Below are positions 37,030-46,420 of a stretch of 64,000 bases of DNA, piece after piece. The notes beneath the pieces are model-generated. The model made no database searches and was not told where the DNA came from. It worked only from the letters and a program-made list of their open reading frames with translations. Positions within the stretch are counted from its first letter, which is position 1; every line of letters starts with the position of its first letter. A program made the position numbers and the translations under genes. Origin of the DNA: a virus; IMG/VR virus record IMGVR_UViG_3300031873_000004, positions 1 to 64,000 of that record, one strand, 5' to 3'.

Positions 37030-37563
37030 ATGGACATCAGACATGACAATGGATTTTTCGACGAAGTAGGAGTAGCCGGTCAAGTGCTTGCCGTTCTCAT
37101 CGACGCAAATGGTCGGAGACGCACGTTTGAAGGTAAGAACATCGTGACCGGCTCTGGCAACAGATGGTATGCAGCACGCGGCGCACTTGCGGCATCAGGT
37201 ATTCAGGTGCTCGGCATGAAGATTGGTCTCGGCTCCGTTGGACTCATCACGCCAGCAAGTACCGATGCAGATATTGCGAGCGTTTCCTTCGCAAGCTGCT
37301 TTCAGTCTCTCGATGTAGGATACCCGATGCTGTCCGATACGGATGCTGATAACACAGGTGCTGGATCGAACATCGTTTGCTGGCGCGTGACCTATACAGC
37401 CACGGCAGCAACTTCGCAGGTGAGCATTGCCGATGTATGTCTATGCAGCGTGAGTGCGGCTCCGATCATGGCAATCAACCACGCTAAGTTCGCAGCAGCG
37501 TTTGACAAGACCGCAGCCGACACGCTTAAAATTTTTATAAATCACACATTCACAAGTATCTGA
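37030..37563 (+). CDS. Hypothetical virion protein (NIVT.G...KTAADTLKI)
   Basis: Baseplate/fiber-attachment-like family motif; AGGAGG RBS. Confidence 0.65.
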   Translation: MDIRHDNGFFDEVGVAGQVLAVLIDANGRRRTFEGKNIVTGSGNRWYAARGALAASGIQVLGMKIGLGSVGLITPASTDADIASVSFASCFQSLDVGYPMLSDTDADNTGAGSNIVCWRVTYTATAATSQVSIADVCLCSVSAAPIMAINHAKFAAAFDKTAADTLKIFINHTFTSI

Positions 37564-37575
37564 TAAGGAGCCAAT

Positions 37576-37911
37576 ATGATAGCACCATTCTTCATAGGTC
37601 AAGGCGACCGGCTCCCATACTATCGTGTCGTAGTGCGTGACGAGACTGGCGTGGTGACGTTGAGCGATGTCGCTGCAATTACATTTCGCATGAAGCTCAT
37701 GTCGACAGGCTCCGTGCTTGTGAGCGCCGCTGCCACAATCACGGATGCTTTGAATGGCGAAGCTGAGTACCGATGGGCAATCGCGGATACCATAACTGTC
37801 GGCGAGTATGCATCGTCGTTTGAGTTTCTGACCAACGCAGGACTTAAATATACCCTTCCGCGCAACACCATCGCCAAGATTATTGTCGAAGAGCGCGAAG
37901 CAACTGGATGA
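37576..37911 (+). CDS. BppU N-terminal-like adaptor protein
   Basis: IGQGD.LP...G.AEY.W...DT...GEY..FE...T.P. Confidence 0.7.
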   Translation: MIAPFFIGQGDRLPYYRVVVRDETGVVTLSDVAAITFRMKLMSTGSVLVSAAATITDALNGEAEYRWAIADTITVGEYASSFEFLTNAGLKYTLPRNTIAKIIVEEREATG

Positions 37912-37918
37912 GGTGACC

Positions 37919-39322
37919 ATGTTCGACGGAATAAGATCCAAAATGATGGAGACTATCGCCGACTGGTCAACCAAGGCGAGCAAAACCACGCAGGTGATGA
38001 TCGCGGGCGGTGACGGTGCTATATGGAAGAACAAACGGTATGACACGTTTGCGAAGGAAGCCTATCTCACGAACGTCGTCGCCTACCGCTGCATCGATGA
38101 GATTGCTCGCTCGGTTGAGTCTATCGAGTGGAAGATCAAGCAGTGGAAAAAGAACGGTGAGGTACAGGATGTAGATGACCACTTCATGCTTGACCTCATG
38201 TTTCAACCGAACCCTGAGCAGTCATGGGGTGAGCTTGTCTATCGTCACGTCGCGTTCGGTGTCATCTCCGGCAACGCGTACATGGAGCGCATAGGGCCGA
38301 CGAGTGGTCCCAATTCTGGCATTCCTCGGGAGCTGTGGAGCCATCGCCCGGACCGCATGACAGTGAAGGCGAACCCGAACACAGGTCTGCGCGAGCTGTA
38401 CAAGTATGTTGGCCCGAGTGGGCGCGAGGTTGAATGGAAGGTGAATCCGCTCACAGGCAAATCTGACATCTGGCATATGCGCTTCTTCAACCCGCTCAAC
38501 GATTGGTATGGTGCGGGTCCTGTGGAACCCACAAGCAGAGAGATTGACACGAGTAATGAGGCAATGGAATGGAACAAAAACCTCCTCCAGAACAGTGGCA
38601 GACCGGGGATGCTTTTCATCTTCGACGGGGCGATAGGCGATACCGAGTACAACAGATTAGAGAAAAAGCTGAAAGACAAGTACGGTGGGCCAAAGAACAC
38701 AGGCAAGCATCTAATCATCGAAGGCAAGAACGCCAAGGTCGAGCCGTATGGCTGGAGCCCGACGGAGATGGATTATATTGAGGGTAACCGGGAGCTGGCG
38801 CGTCGTATTGCGCTCGGCTTCGGTGTACCTCCAATGCTGCTTGGTATTCCCGGCGACAATACGTACAGCAATTACGCCGAGGCTAAGCTCGCATTCTGGG
38901 AGTCAACCGTGTTCTGGTACGCTAAGCGATTCGGCGGCGGGCTCAGCTCGTGGTTGTTCGACGTGAAGGATAGGATGCGGCTCATGCCTGACTATGACAG
39001 CCTGCCCGCGCTGGAGCCTCGGCGCAAGGAGCAGTTCGAGAAGGCTGAGAAGAGTGACTTCCTCACAATCAACGAGAAGCGCGAGATGTGCGGCTTCGAG
39101 AAGTATGGTGAGATCAAGCCGGATGAGGATGACGAGAGTGCGGATCCCGCAGATAAGATTTATCAGAACGCCAGCATGATGCCGCTGGGCGAGGAGCCGC
39201 CTGCGCCGGATATAGGTGGGTTTGATGGCGGTGACTTTGGAGCAGAGCCAGCACCGACTGATGAAGAGGATAGAGGTGAGGAAGTACCGCCCAAGAAGCC
39301 GAAGCCCGGCGAGGAGGAATAG
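37919..39322 (+). CDS. HK97-family portal protein
   Basis: VAYRCI, PNP, GNAY, FGVPP.LLG, TYSN, LTINEKR. Confidence 0.95.
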   Translation: MFDGIRSKMMETIADWSTKASKTTQVMIAGGDGAIWKNKRYDTFAKEAYLTNVVAYRCIDEIARSVESIEWKIKQWKKNGEVQDVDDHFMLDLMFQPNPEQSWGELVYRHVAFGVISGNAYMERIGPTSGPNSGIPRELWSHRPDRMTVKANPNTGLRELYKYVGPSGREVEWKVNPLTGKSDIWHMRFFNPLNDWYGAGPVEPTSREIDTSNEAMEWNKNLLQNSGRPGMLFIFDGAIGDTEYNRLEKKLKDKYGGPKNTGKHLIIEGKNAKVEPYGWSPTEMDYIEGNRELARRIALGFGVPPMLLGIPGDNTYSNYAEAKLAFWESTVFWYAKRFGGGLSSWLFDVKDRMRLMPDYDSLPALEPRRKEQFEKAEKSDFLTINEKREMCGFEKYGEIKPDEDDESADPADKIYQNASMMPLGEEPPAPDIGGFDGGDFGAEPAPTDEEDRGEEVPPKKPKPGEEE

Positions 39323-39323
39323 A

Positions 39324-39755
39324 GTGAGACAGAAATTAACAGCAGACGAGATGATGATGTCGGTGCAGATAAAGGGTGGGCCTGGTTCGGGTATCCGTGG
39401 CCATCAAACTGGTCGCGATCACACCGACGATTCTGTGCAACAACAGGATAGTTTAAGATTTGGTATTCCTTCGCCAAGAAATGCACAGGAGTTGCATGAA
39501 AGATTGCAGTCATCTGTGTCTAAAATCCAATCTTTACACAGAGGGAGAACTATCGTTCCCTCGGAATCAATCGACGCAGTTGAGGAGTCACAACGAGCTG
39601 TCTCTAATGGTGATAAACGTTCTCATTTACGTGCGCAATCTCTGAATCTGGCTGCGGCTCAGTCACAGAGGCTTACTAAAATTCCAGGATTAGCAGCAGC
39701 TCACATTCAACTTGCGAGTCACCATGCACAAGCGGCGAGGAGTGCTAACCCATGA
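39324..39755 (+). CDS. GGPGSG-motif His/Ala-rich protein (candidate head cargo)
   Basis: GTG start after GAGGAGG; KLTADE...QIKGGPGSG. Confidence 0.75.
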   Translation: MRQKLTADEMMMSVQIKGGPGSGIRGHQTGRDHTDDSVQQQDSLRFGIPSPRNAQELHERLQSSVSKIQSLHRGRTIVPSESIDAVEESQRAVSNGDKRSHLRAQSLNLAAAQSQRLTKIPGLAAAHIQLASHHAQAARSANP

Positions 39756-40210
39756 CACCCAAAGCAAGCGAGAAGCTCACAGACCTCCTGCAACGCGCCA
39801 TAGCTGGCGAAATGCAGGCGGCAATTCAGTACATGTGGCAGCACGTGGTCATGGTTGGACTCGAAGCCGAATCCGTCGGCCCCGCCATTCGCGGCATTGC
39901 AATGAGCGAGATGAAGCACGCCGAGCAGATTGCCGAGCGTCTCAACTACCTCGGCGGCATCCCGACCACGAAGCCAAATCCGATATATGTCGGCGGCACA
40001 ATCCCGGCGATGCTCGCTATTGATGTGACTGCCGAGGAGGATACGATCGCGCTGTACATGGATGTGATTGCGCAGGCGAAGGAAGACAACGACCACGAGA
40101 CAGCGCTCATGTTTCGCGAGATCATTCTTGAGGAGCAGGAGCACCACAATATACTAATCACGCTGCTCGGCAAGAAGGGTGAGGTTGGCGAGCCGAGGAT
40201 AGGAGACTGA
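39752..40210 (+). CDS. bfr: Bacterioferritin/ferritin-like protein
   Basis: E...QY, EMKHAE, AEE, EEQEH ferroxidase pattern. Confidence 0.88.
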   Translation: MTPKASEKLTDLLQRAIAGEMQAAIQYMWQHVVMVGLEAESVGPAIRGIAMSEMKHAEQIAERLNYLGGIPTTKPNPIYVGGTIPAMLAIDVTAEEDTIALYMDVIAQAKEDNDHETALMFREIILEEQEHHNILITLLGKKGEVGEPRIGD

Positions 40211-40213
40211 ACG

Positions 40214-40519
40214 ATGCGAATGAAATTGACAGCAGATGAAAAGTTGATGCCTACGCAAATCAAAGGTGGGCCAGGGAGTGGTCGTCGTGCTGAAAGTTCA
40301 TCTGAACATGCTGATAAATGGACAGTTGCTGCAAATAAGGTAAACACTCGACAAGCACATACAATTGCAGCTGCGGCCCATCGTCACGCTCAAAACGCTC
40401 ACGAAGAAGCCTATTATGCACATCCAGAAAGTGATAATAGGCATCATAGCGATGAAGCAGCTCGTCATCTGCGTGCATTTGATATGCATACTTCCGCTGC
40501 AAATTCGGCTAAGAGGTGA
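40214..40519 (+). CDS. GGPGSG-motif His/Ala-rich protein
   Basis: KLTADEKLMPTQIKGGPGSG; AHxxAAxxH repeats. Confidence 0.8.
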   Translation: MRMKLTADEKLMPTQIKGGPGSGRRAESSSEHADKWTVAANKVNTRQAHTIAAAAHRHAQNAHEEAYYAHPESDNRHHSDEAARHLRAFDMHTSAANSAKR

Positions 40520-40524
40520 TAACT

Positions 40525-40821
40525 ATGCCGACCGGAACAGCTGTTGACTCCTGCTATCAAAAATTGAAGCTCTCACACGGCGAAGCCTCCGCAGCTCGCA
40601 TCTGCCAGCACGCGACCGGGCAGGCGCTCGCCACAGGCAAGCCACCGAAGAAGGCAATGTCTTACAGCCAGCGGGTGAACGCGGGTACGCAATCGTTGAC
40701 GACCGACGAGCGCAAGATCCCGCCGCAACTGCTCACGCCGTCGGAGTGCAAGGGCTGCAAGCATCGCAATGTGGATGTATTTGAGAATACGCCGCCGACG
40801 ATAGGCGCAGGAGCCGCGTGA
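40525..40821 (+). CDS. Small Cys-containing protein
   Basis: MPTGT.V..CY...AARICQ..TG; internal LTTDERK. Confidence 0.6.
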   Translation: MPTGTAVDSCYQKLKLSHGEASAARICQHATGQALATGKPPKKAMSYSQRVNAGTQSLTTDERKIPPQLLTPSECKGCKHRNVDVFENTPPTIGAGAA

Positions 40822-41510
40822 TGGGATTGACTCCGTATGAAAAGGAAGAGAAGTGGATAGCGAAAGTGCAGCGTACCTGGTCACCTGAGCGCAAGGACTT
40901 CGATCCAGCGAAGCATCCTCGCGGTGAGGGTGGTCGGTTTGGGGAGGGTAGCGGGAGCGGAGACAGTGCAATAGTTTCTGAAAATAGAAAAGAAGAAAAT
41001 TATCGTGGAATAAAGGCTATATCTTTTGCACCGCAGGGAAGTGTCGATGTGGATTTAATAAAAGAAAATCGTGCAGTTGTTAATTCGGTACTTGATAAAC
41101 TTCCGAAAGGAGCTGCCGACGGATTAAACGCGCTTTATATAACAAGCGGTGACTTTACTCCACTTGGAACAGCCACGTACATCGCTCCAAGTAAACAGCG
41201 AGGGTATGTTTCAGATGAGATAATGACACAACAGGCGTGGTTGAATAAATCTCCTGTTGATAAAGAGGCTTCGTTACTTCATGAATTTGGTCATAGGATG
41301 CAACTTGTGAGTCATAAGGATATATTTAAGCGATTTAGCGCACAAGGTTTGGGTGTCCATTTTTCTTCTTTGACGGAACCACAGTATCAAAAGGCATACC
41401 CTAAAAAGCAACATGACGGAGAGTCTTTCGCCGAGTCGTTTGCAAGATATAAAATAGGAAAGGATATGCCGAATGAGTTAGTTACGTTTTGGAAAGGGAC
41501 GGGCTTATGA
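40818..41510 (+). CDS. HPR..GRFG-motif protein with zincin metallopeptidase domain
   Basis: KHPRGEGGRFG; HEFGH plus downstream ESFAESF. Confidence 0.8.
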   Translation: MMGLTPYEKEEKWIAKVQRTWSPERKDFDPAKHPRGEGGRFGEGSGSGDSAIVSENRKEENYRGIKAISFAPQGSVDVDLIKENRAVVNSVLDKLPKGAADGLNALYITSGDFTPLGTATYIAPSKQRGYVSDEIMTQQAWLNKSPVDKEASLLHEFGHRMQLVSHKDIFKRFSAQGLGVHFSSLTEPQYQKAYPKKQHDGESFAESFARYKIGKDMPNELVTFWKGTGL

Positions 41511-41614
41511 CTATTCCGATAAATATGGACGATCTGATTCAAGCAGCATTTAGCGGGGATGAGGAATCAAAAGAGCTTCTTATAAAAATAAAAGAGGTTG
41601 ATAGTAAACCGTGA
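41507..41614 (+). CDS. 35-aa acidic peptide (possible peptidase inhibitor/immunity)
   Basis: Hand-translated; ATGA and GTGA overlaps on both sides. Confidence 0.45.
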   Translation: MTIPINMDDLIQAAFSGDEESKELLIKIKEVDSKP

Positions 41615-42459
41615 TCTTCAACGTCAAACGCCCAGCCGCTCAAGCCCGCGCCCAAGTTGCCATCAACAGGCGACAGGACACGCTTGAGCGCAACTTCCGC
41701 AAGCGAGTACGCACCTTGCTTAACCAGCAGTATGCGGCAGCAAGCCGTGCGGTTGCGCGAGGCAATGATGTAGACGCGGTAATAGACTCCTTCACCGGAC
41801 AGCTTCGCCGGATATTCGCCGAGGAGTACACGCGAGCCGCCGAGACATTCTACGGCATTGTTGACCAGTCGCTGAAAAACGCGAAGGCTACAGAAAGCAT
41901 ACTTGAGTACAAGGGAATGAAGGACGAGTTCTGGGCGCGGTTCTTCGGATATGTGCGGAAGAAGGTGGCTCAGAAGGTTGCATGGGTGAACGATACTACT
42001 AAGGCAAACATCCGCGCCATCGTTGAGCTGGGTAAGGCTGACGGGAAGAGTGTTAATCTTATTGCTGAGGATATCTGGAGCTCAACAAATCAGGACATCA
42101 ATTTCAAGCGAGCAGTCAGGATTGCAAGGACGGAAGTCCATGCGGCGAGCAACACGGCTACGCAGGCGGCGGTCGAGTCCACGGGGCTGACGGGGCTGAC
42201 GCGAGAGTGGATAGCAATGGCAGACGAGCGCGTGCGTAGCAGCCACAGGAAGGCTCATGGGCAGGTGCGCGGGATGGATGAGGCGTTTGATGTGAACGGT
42301 GAAGAGTTGCAATTTCCTGGCGATCCAAAAGGAAGTGCTGGGAACGTGATTAACTGTAGATGCATCCTGATATATCATACTGGGCGCGGCGAGGACAGGA
42401 CAGCAGCACGTAGACGTGAGCAGGAACAACTCAGCAGGATGAGGAGCGCATACGAATGA
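41611..42459 (+). CDS. MuF/SPP1 gp7-like head morphogenesis protein
   Basis: RA.RIARTE, W....D.RVR.SH, FPGDP, INCRC. Confidence 0.92.
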   Translation: MIFNVKRPAAQARAQVAINRRQDTLERNFRKRVRTLLNQQYAAASRAVARGNDVDAVIDSFTGQLRRIFAEEYTRAAETFYGIVDQSLKNAKATESILEYKGMKDEFWARFFGYVRKKVAQKVAWVNDTTKANIRAIVELGKADGKSVNLIAEDIWSSTNQDINFKRAVRIARTEVHAASNTATQAAVESTGLTGLTREWIAMADERVRSSHRKAHGQVRGMDEAFDVNGEELQFPGDPKGSAGNVINCRCILIYHTGRGEDRTAARRREQEQLSRMRSAYE

Positions 42460-42644
42460 GAATTTACAATCATCTATTCACCGGAACATTCAAGCGCGAG
42501 CCGAAGCCTGTCGCGGGTGCGGTGGAGTATAAGACCATTAAATCCCGCACAGTAAAGTCTCGCAAAGTGAAGAATAAACTATATTAAATCTATTAAATAG
42601 CGCGGTACTTCCGCGAAACGACTATATAATGACAACAATGTAAT

Positions 42645-43394
42645 ATGGAGGCGAAGATGCAGACTAAGTACGCCACGAAACGGGACGAAGTTCTCGACTT
42701 TTCAATAGAGATCAAGAAGGAAGACGTCAACCATAACGGCTTCTTCAAGGGCTACGCCAGCACGTTTGGCGGCGACCCCGACCAAGGTGGAGATGTCATA
42801 GCCAAGGGCTGCTTTACCGACACCCTCAAGATGAACGGGCGCGGCGGCAATGGCATCGCGATGCTCTGGTCACACGATCCGCGCTGTCCTATCGGTGCAT
42901 GGAACCTCGTGCGCGAAGACGAAAAAGGATTGTACGTTGAAGGAATGATCGAGCCCACCGCCTGCCCGGACGGAGTGCCAGTTCATAAGGTTATGAAGAT
43001 GGGTGGCATCAAAGGGCTCTCCATCGGCTACAACACGGTGGACAGCGGTGACATCATGGTGGGCAAGACGAAGGCCCGTGAGCTGAAGAAGGTCAATCTT
43101 TGGGAAATATCGCTGGTGACGTTTCCGATGAACACTCGGTCAACCGTCACTGGTGTCAAGCACATACTTGAAGCGACGACAGAGCGTGAGTTGGAGGATG
43201 CCTTGCGAGAGGCAAGCATTCCCCGGTCGGTAGCCAAGGTCATTGTGAAGGTGGCGAAGGAAGGCTTGCGGGATGCAGCCAGACCGAGACACTCAACCAA
43301 TGGCGAACAGGCGCTCATTCTGAAGGCGTTGAGAGATGTGAATGCGGGTCTCACGTTATCAGCTGTACAAAATTCAATTCGGGAAAACTTTTAA
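42645..43394 (+). CDS. HK97-type prohead protease
   Basis: GYASTF, MLWSHD, GLSIGY, EISLVTFP.N. Confidence 0.95.
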   Translation: MEAKMQTKYATKRDEVLDFSIEIKKEDVNHNGFFKGYASTFGGDPDQGGDVIAKGCFTDTLKMNGRGGNGIAMLWSHDPRCPIGAWNLVREDEKGLYVEGMIEPTACPDGVPVHKVMKMGGIKGLSIGYNTVDSGDIMVGKTKARELKKVNLWEISLVTFPMNTRSTVTGVKHILEATTERELEDALREASIPRSVAKVIVKVAKEGLRDAARPRHSTNGEQALILKALRDVNAGLTLSAVQNSIRENF

Positions 43395-43406
43395 ACAGGA
43401 GGAACT

Positions 43407-44861
43407 ATGAAATCGAACCAGATCGCAAGGCCGTTCGGCAAACCTACCATGGAGTACAAGGATGCCAATGGCGACAACAACGGTAACAGCGGCAATGAGC
43501 CGGAAGTAAACGCAGCAGTCCTCGCAGAGATCAAAACCCTCGGCACCAATGTCAAGGGCCAGATTGAAGAGTTGCAGCGGAACTACAAGAAGCTCCAGAG
43601 CGCAGTGGATCAGGGCAGCCCGGACGCAGTGAAGCGTGCAGAGATCAGCAAGCTCTCCGAGGACATTATCACTCGGCAGAACGCGCTCGACATGACCTTC
43701 ACCAAGCGTGCCGATGACATGGAAGTCGCGATGCAGCGGCTTATGTCGGCAGGCGGATCACACCTTGAAGGCAAGGCGGGTCAGGAGTTCGCGGATGCAA
43801 AGATGTTCCTCACGCACCAGCTCATCAGCCAGAAGCGGCTCAACAAGACCGGCATCGACGATTCAATGGTTGACGTTGAAGCCCTGCGCAACTACAGCAA
43901 GGCATTCAGCACATACCTCCGCATCGACGAGAAGCAGCTCCCCATCCACTCCCCTGAGTGCGTGAAGTACCTCACGACCGGCTCTGATCCGGACGGTGGT
44001 ATCCTCGTGACCCCGGTGACGTCCTCGCGCATCGTTGAGCGCATCTGGGAAATGGACCCCATCCGTCAGCTGGCCTCTGTTGAGACCATAGGTACGGACG
44101 CGCTGGAAATGCTCGAAGACCTCGGACAGTTCGGCGTTGACTGGGAAGGTGAGACTGTTGCAACCACGACAGTCGCAACCTCTCAGTGGAGCAAGAAGCG
44201 CATCCCGGTGCATGTTCAGTCCTGCCGTCCCTACGCCACTCAGTCGCAGGTTGACGATGCATCTATCAACATCGAAGAGTGGATCGCCAAGAAGGTGGCC
44301 GACAAGTTCGGGCGGGCAGAAGCAAACGCATTCGTCGCAGGCAACGGCATCAACAAGCCTCGCGGTTTCCTGACCTATACGGATTACACGGGCACCAAGG
44401 GAGACGGCGGCGTCACCATGGGCCAGATCGAGCAGCGCAACTCCGGTGCAGCCGCAGCGGTCACGACCGACGGTCTCATCACCCTGAAATACTCGCTAGT
44501 TGAAGACCTCCTTCAGCGCGGCACCTGGCTTGTCAACAGGCTCACGGTTGCTGAACTGATGAAGCTCAAAGACGGCGACGGCCAGTACATCTGGAGACCC
44601 GGCATCACGGAAGGTCAGCCTTCCACCCTGCTTGGTCTTCCGCTCCGCATGAGCACCTCAATGCCGACGATCACCGCAGGTGCGCTCTCCGTGGCCCTCG
44701 GCGACTGGCGCGAGGCTTACACCATCGTTGACCGGCAGGGCATCACCGTGCAGCGCGACCCTTACACCAAGAAGCCCTTTGTTGAGTTCTACACTCGGCG
44801 CAGGGTTGGCGGCGATGTGGTCAACTTCCAGGCCATCAAGCTGATGGTGATTTCCGCTTAG
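43407..44861 (+). CDS. HK97-fold major capsid protein with delta domain
   Basis: DPDGG.LV, FV.G.G..KPRG, DGQYIW, RRVGG. Confidence 0.96.
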   Translation: MKSNQIARPFGKPTMEYKDANGDNNGNSGNEPEVNAAVLAEIKTLGTNVKGQIEELQRNYKKLQSAVDQGSPDAVKRAEISKLSEDIITRQNALDMTFTKRADDMEVAMQRLMSAGGSHLEGKAGQEFADAKMFLTHQLISQKRLNKTGIDDSMVDVEALRNYSKAFSTYLRIDEKQLPIHSPECVKYLTTGSDPDGGILVTPVTSSRIVERIWEMDPIRQLASVETIGTDALEMLEDLGQFGVDWEGETVATTTVATSQWSKKRIPVHVQSCRPYATQSQVDDASINIEEWIAKKVADKFGRAEANAFVAGNGINKPRGFLTYTDYTGTKGDGGVTMGQIEQRNSGAAAAVTTDGLITLKYSLVEDLLQRGTWLVNRLTVAELMKLKDGDGQYIWRPGITEGQPSTLLGLPLRMSTSMPTITAGALSVALGDWREAYTIVDRQGITVQRDPYTKKPFVEFYTRRRVGGDVVNFQAIKLMVISA

Positions 44862-44872
44862 TAACAGATGAA

Positions 44873-44900
44873 CCGGCGGCTTTCGGGCCGCCGGATGTTT
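44873..44900 (+). terminator. Rho-independent terminator after the capsid gene
   Basis: CCGGCGGCT-TTCG-GGCCGCCGG followed by a T-rich tract. Confidence 0.75.
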
Positions 44901-44924
44901 AAACTTTTAGGAGGATTTTGAAAC

Positions 44925-45410
44925 ATGAATATTCGTGAGACGTTTACCTATTTCAAATTTGCACGTGTTGACGGCTGCGGTGTCGCAGGACTCACCGCAG
45001 AGAGCAACACCGGCGTGACCGTTGACAGACAGGGCTACGACAGCCTTACCTTCATCGTGAACATGACCGACACCAGCACCGCCGCAGTTCCGGCAACCTC
45101 GTACTGGTATGCTCGCGTTGAACATGCGGATGTATCGGCAGCGGGTACCATCGGCGCATACGAAGTCTGCGGCAGCATCGACCTCATCCGCATGGCTTCC
45201 GGCGCTTGCACCAGCGGCATCGTACCGATCACGGCGAGCACCTACAGCGGTGTTCCGTTCATGATCGGCTATCGCGGCAACAAGCAGTTCGTTCGTGTGA
45301 ACATCTCCACGGTGGGCTCGATGATTGCAGGCTCCACGCACATCACGATCACCTCCATGAAGGGACACGCAGAGAACTGGCCGGTCACGATCCCGAACCT
45401 CGACGCCTAA
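44925..45410 (+). CDS. Putative head decoration protein
   Basis: VDRQGYDSL...IGYRGNKQFVRV; follows the MCP gene. Confidence 0.7.
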   Translation: MNIRETFTYFKFARVDGCGVAGLTAESNTGVTVDRQGYDSLTFIVNMTDTSTAAVPATSYWYARVEHADVSAAGTIGAYEVCGSIDLIRMASGACTSGIVPITASTYSGVPFMIGYRGNKQFVRVNISTVGSMIAGSTHITITSMKGHAENWPVTIPNLDA

Positions 45411-45487
45411 ACTCGGCCTCCCGCTGAGCATATCCGGAACGGGGCTGCCGGTCATACAGCCCCAGAGTTTTAACGAAGGAGGCTTCA

Positions 45488-46024
45488 ATGAGTTTATTCG
45501 ATAGCTATGCAGCAAGGGTAGGTAGACAGATTGGCGCGAATCGCCTGTTCGTCGCAGCCACAGGCTTCTTCAACGTGGGTGATGTGAGCGGTGGTGCGGA
45601 TGGGATAGACATCACGGGGGCTCAGCTCAAGGGCTTGCTTATGCAGACCCGCACCAGCTTCACGCTCGCTTCAGCAATTCAGGGAGTCAGTGTGATTCCG
45701 GCGGTCGCAGGTGTGGTGAATTTTTATTACCCTTCAGCAACGACCTCGGTCAAGATGCCTGTTGCAACCCCAGGCAATATACTCCTGCTCAGGTTTGATG
45801 GCGTTCTCAGTAACGTCTCAATCCTACCGGGCAGCAATGCAGCGGGTGTGGTTCAGTCTATTCTGTTGGGCGTGTCTGACCTGTCTTGTATCGCCATCTC
45901 GAATATCACGGGCACGATGAGCACGCAGGCGAACTTCGTGCAGCTCTATTGCGAGACCGCAGGCGCATGGCAGGTTGCTACGAGCGCAGGTACTGTAGGC
46001 GGAGTGGCATTGCAGCGCAGCTAG
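45488..46024 (+). CDS. Putative head fiber/decoration protein
   Basis: Position; beta-rich C-terminus. Confidence 0.55.
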   Translation: MSLFDSYAARVGRQIGANRLFVAATGFFNVGDVSGGADGIDITGAQLKGLLMQTRTSFTLASAIQGVSVIPAVAGVVNFYYPSATTSVKMPVATPGNILLLRFDGVLSNVSILPGSNAAGVVQSILLGVSDLSCIAISNITGTMSTQANFVQLYCETAGAWQVATSAGTVGGVALQRS

Positions 46025-46129
46025 TAACACTGATCAGGGCGGGACTGGCAAGAGCCTCCTCCTCGTTGCGTAAATAAGCAGAGCGAGAATCGGTGATCAG
46101 CCAGCCCCGCTGTATTTAAGGAGAAACAA

Positions 46130-46417
46130 ATGGCACGTTCACAACCGAACACGATGGTGATGACGGAGACAAGATCAGGCTCACCCGACGGCATCGGCTC
46201 GATGTTCTTTGAAGCCGGTAAGACGTACACTACGACCGAGCGACTGTTCAAGCTCTTCATCGCAAACGGCTGGGCAACGCTTCCTGGCGCTGAGGTTGAG
46301 GAGAAGATGCTCACCCCGGCGATTGAGAACAAGATGGCGCAAGAGACGATTGCCGACCGTGACAAAGCTGCCGATGATGCAAAGGGTGCAGAAGCGAAAG
46401 CGACAAAGCGGAGGTAG
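46130..46417 (+). CDS. Small head-completion-associated protein
   Basis: GSPDG...F..G.TY...ENKM. Confidence 0.6.
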   Translation: MARSQPNTMVMTETRSGSPDGIGSMFFEAGKTYTTTERLFKLFIANGWATLPGAEVEEKMLTPAIENKMAQETIADRDKAADDAKGAEAKATKRR

Positions 46418-46420
46418 TCC

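Noticed and set aside
42601-42632. Late promoter consensus (TATAAT near 23678, 37005, 42625)
   Set aside because: -10 boxes exist but I could not find a shared upstream element with fixed spacing
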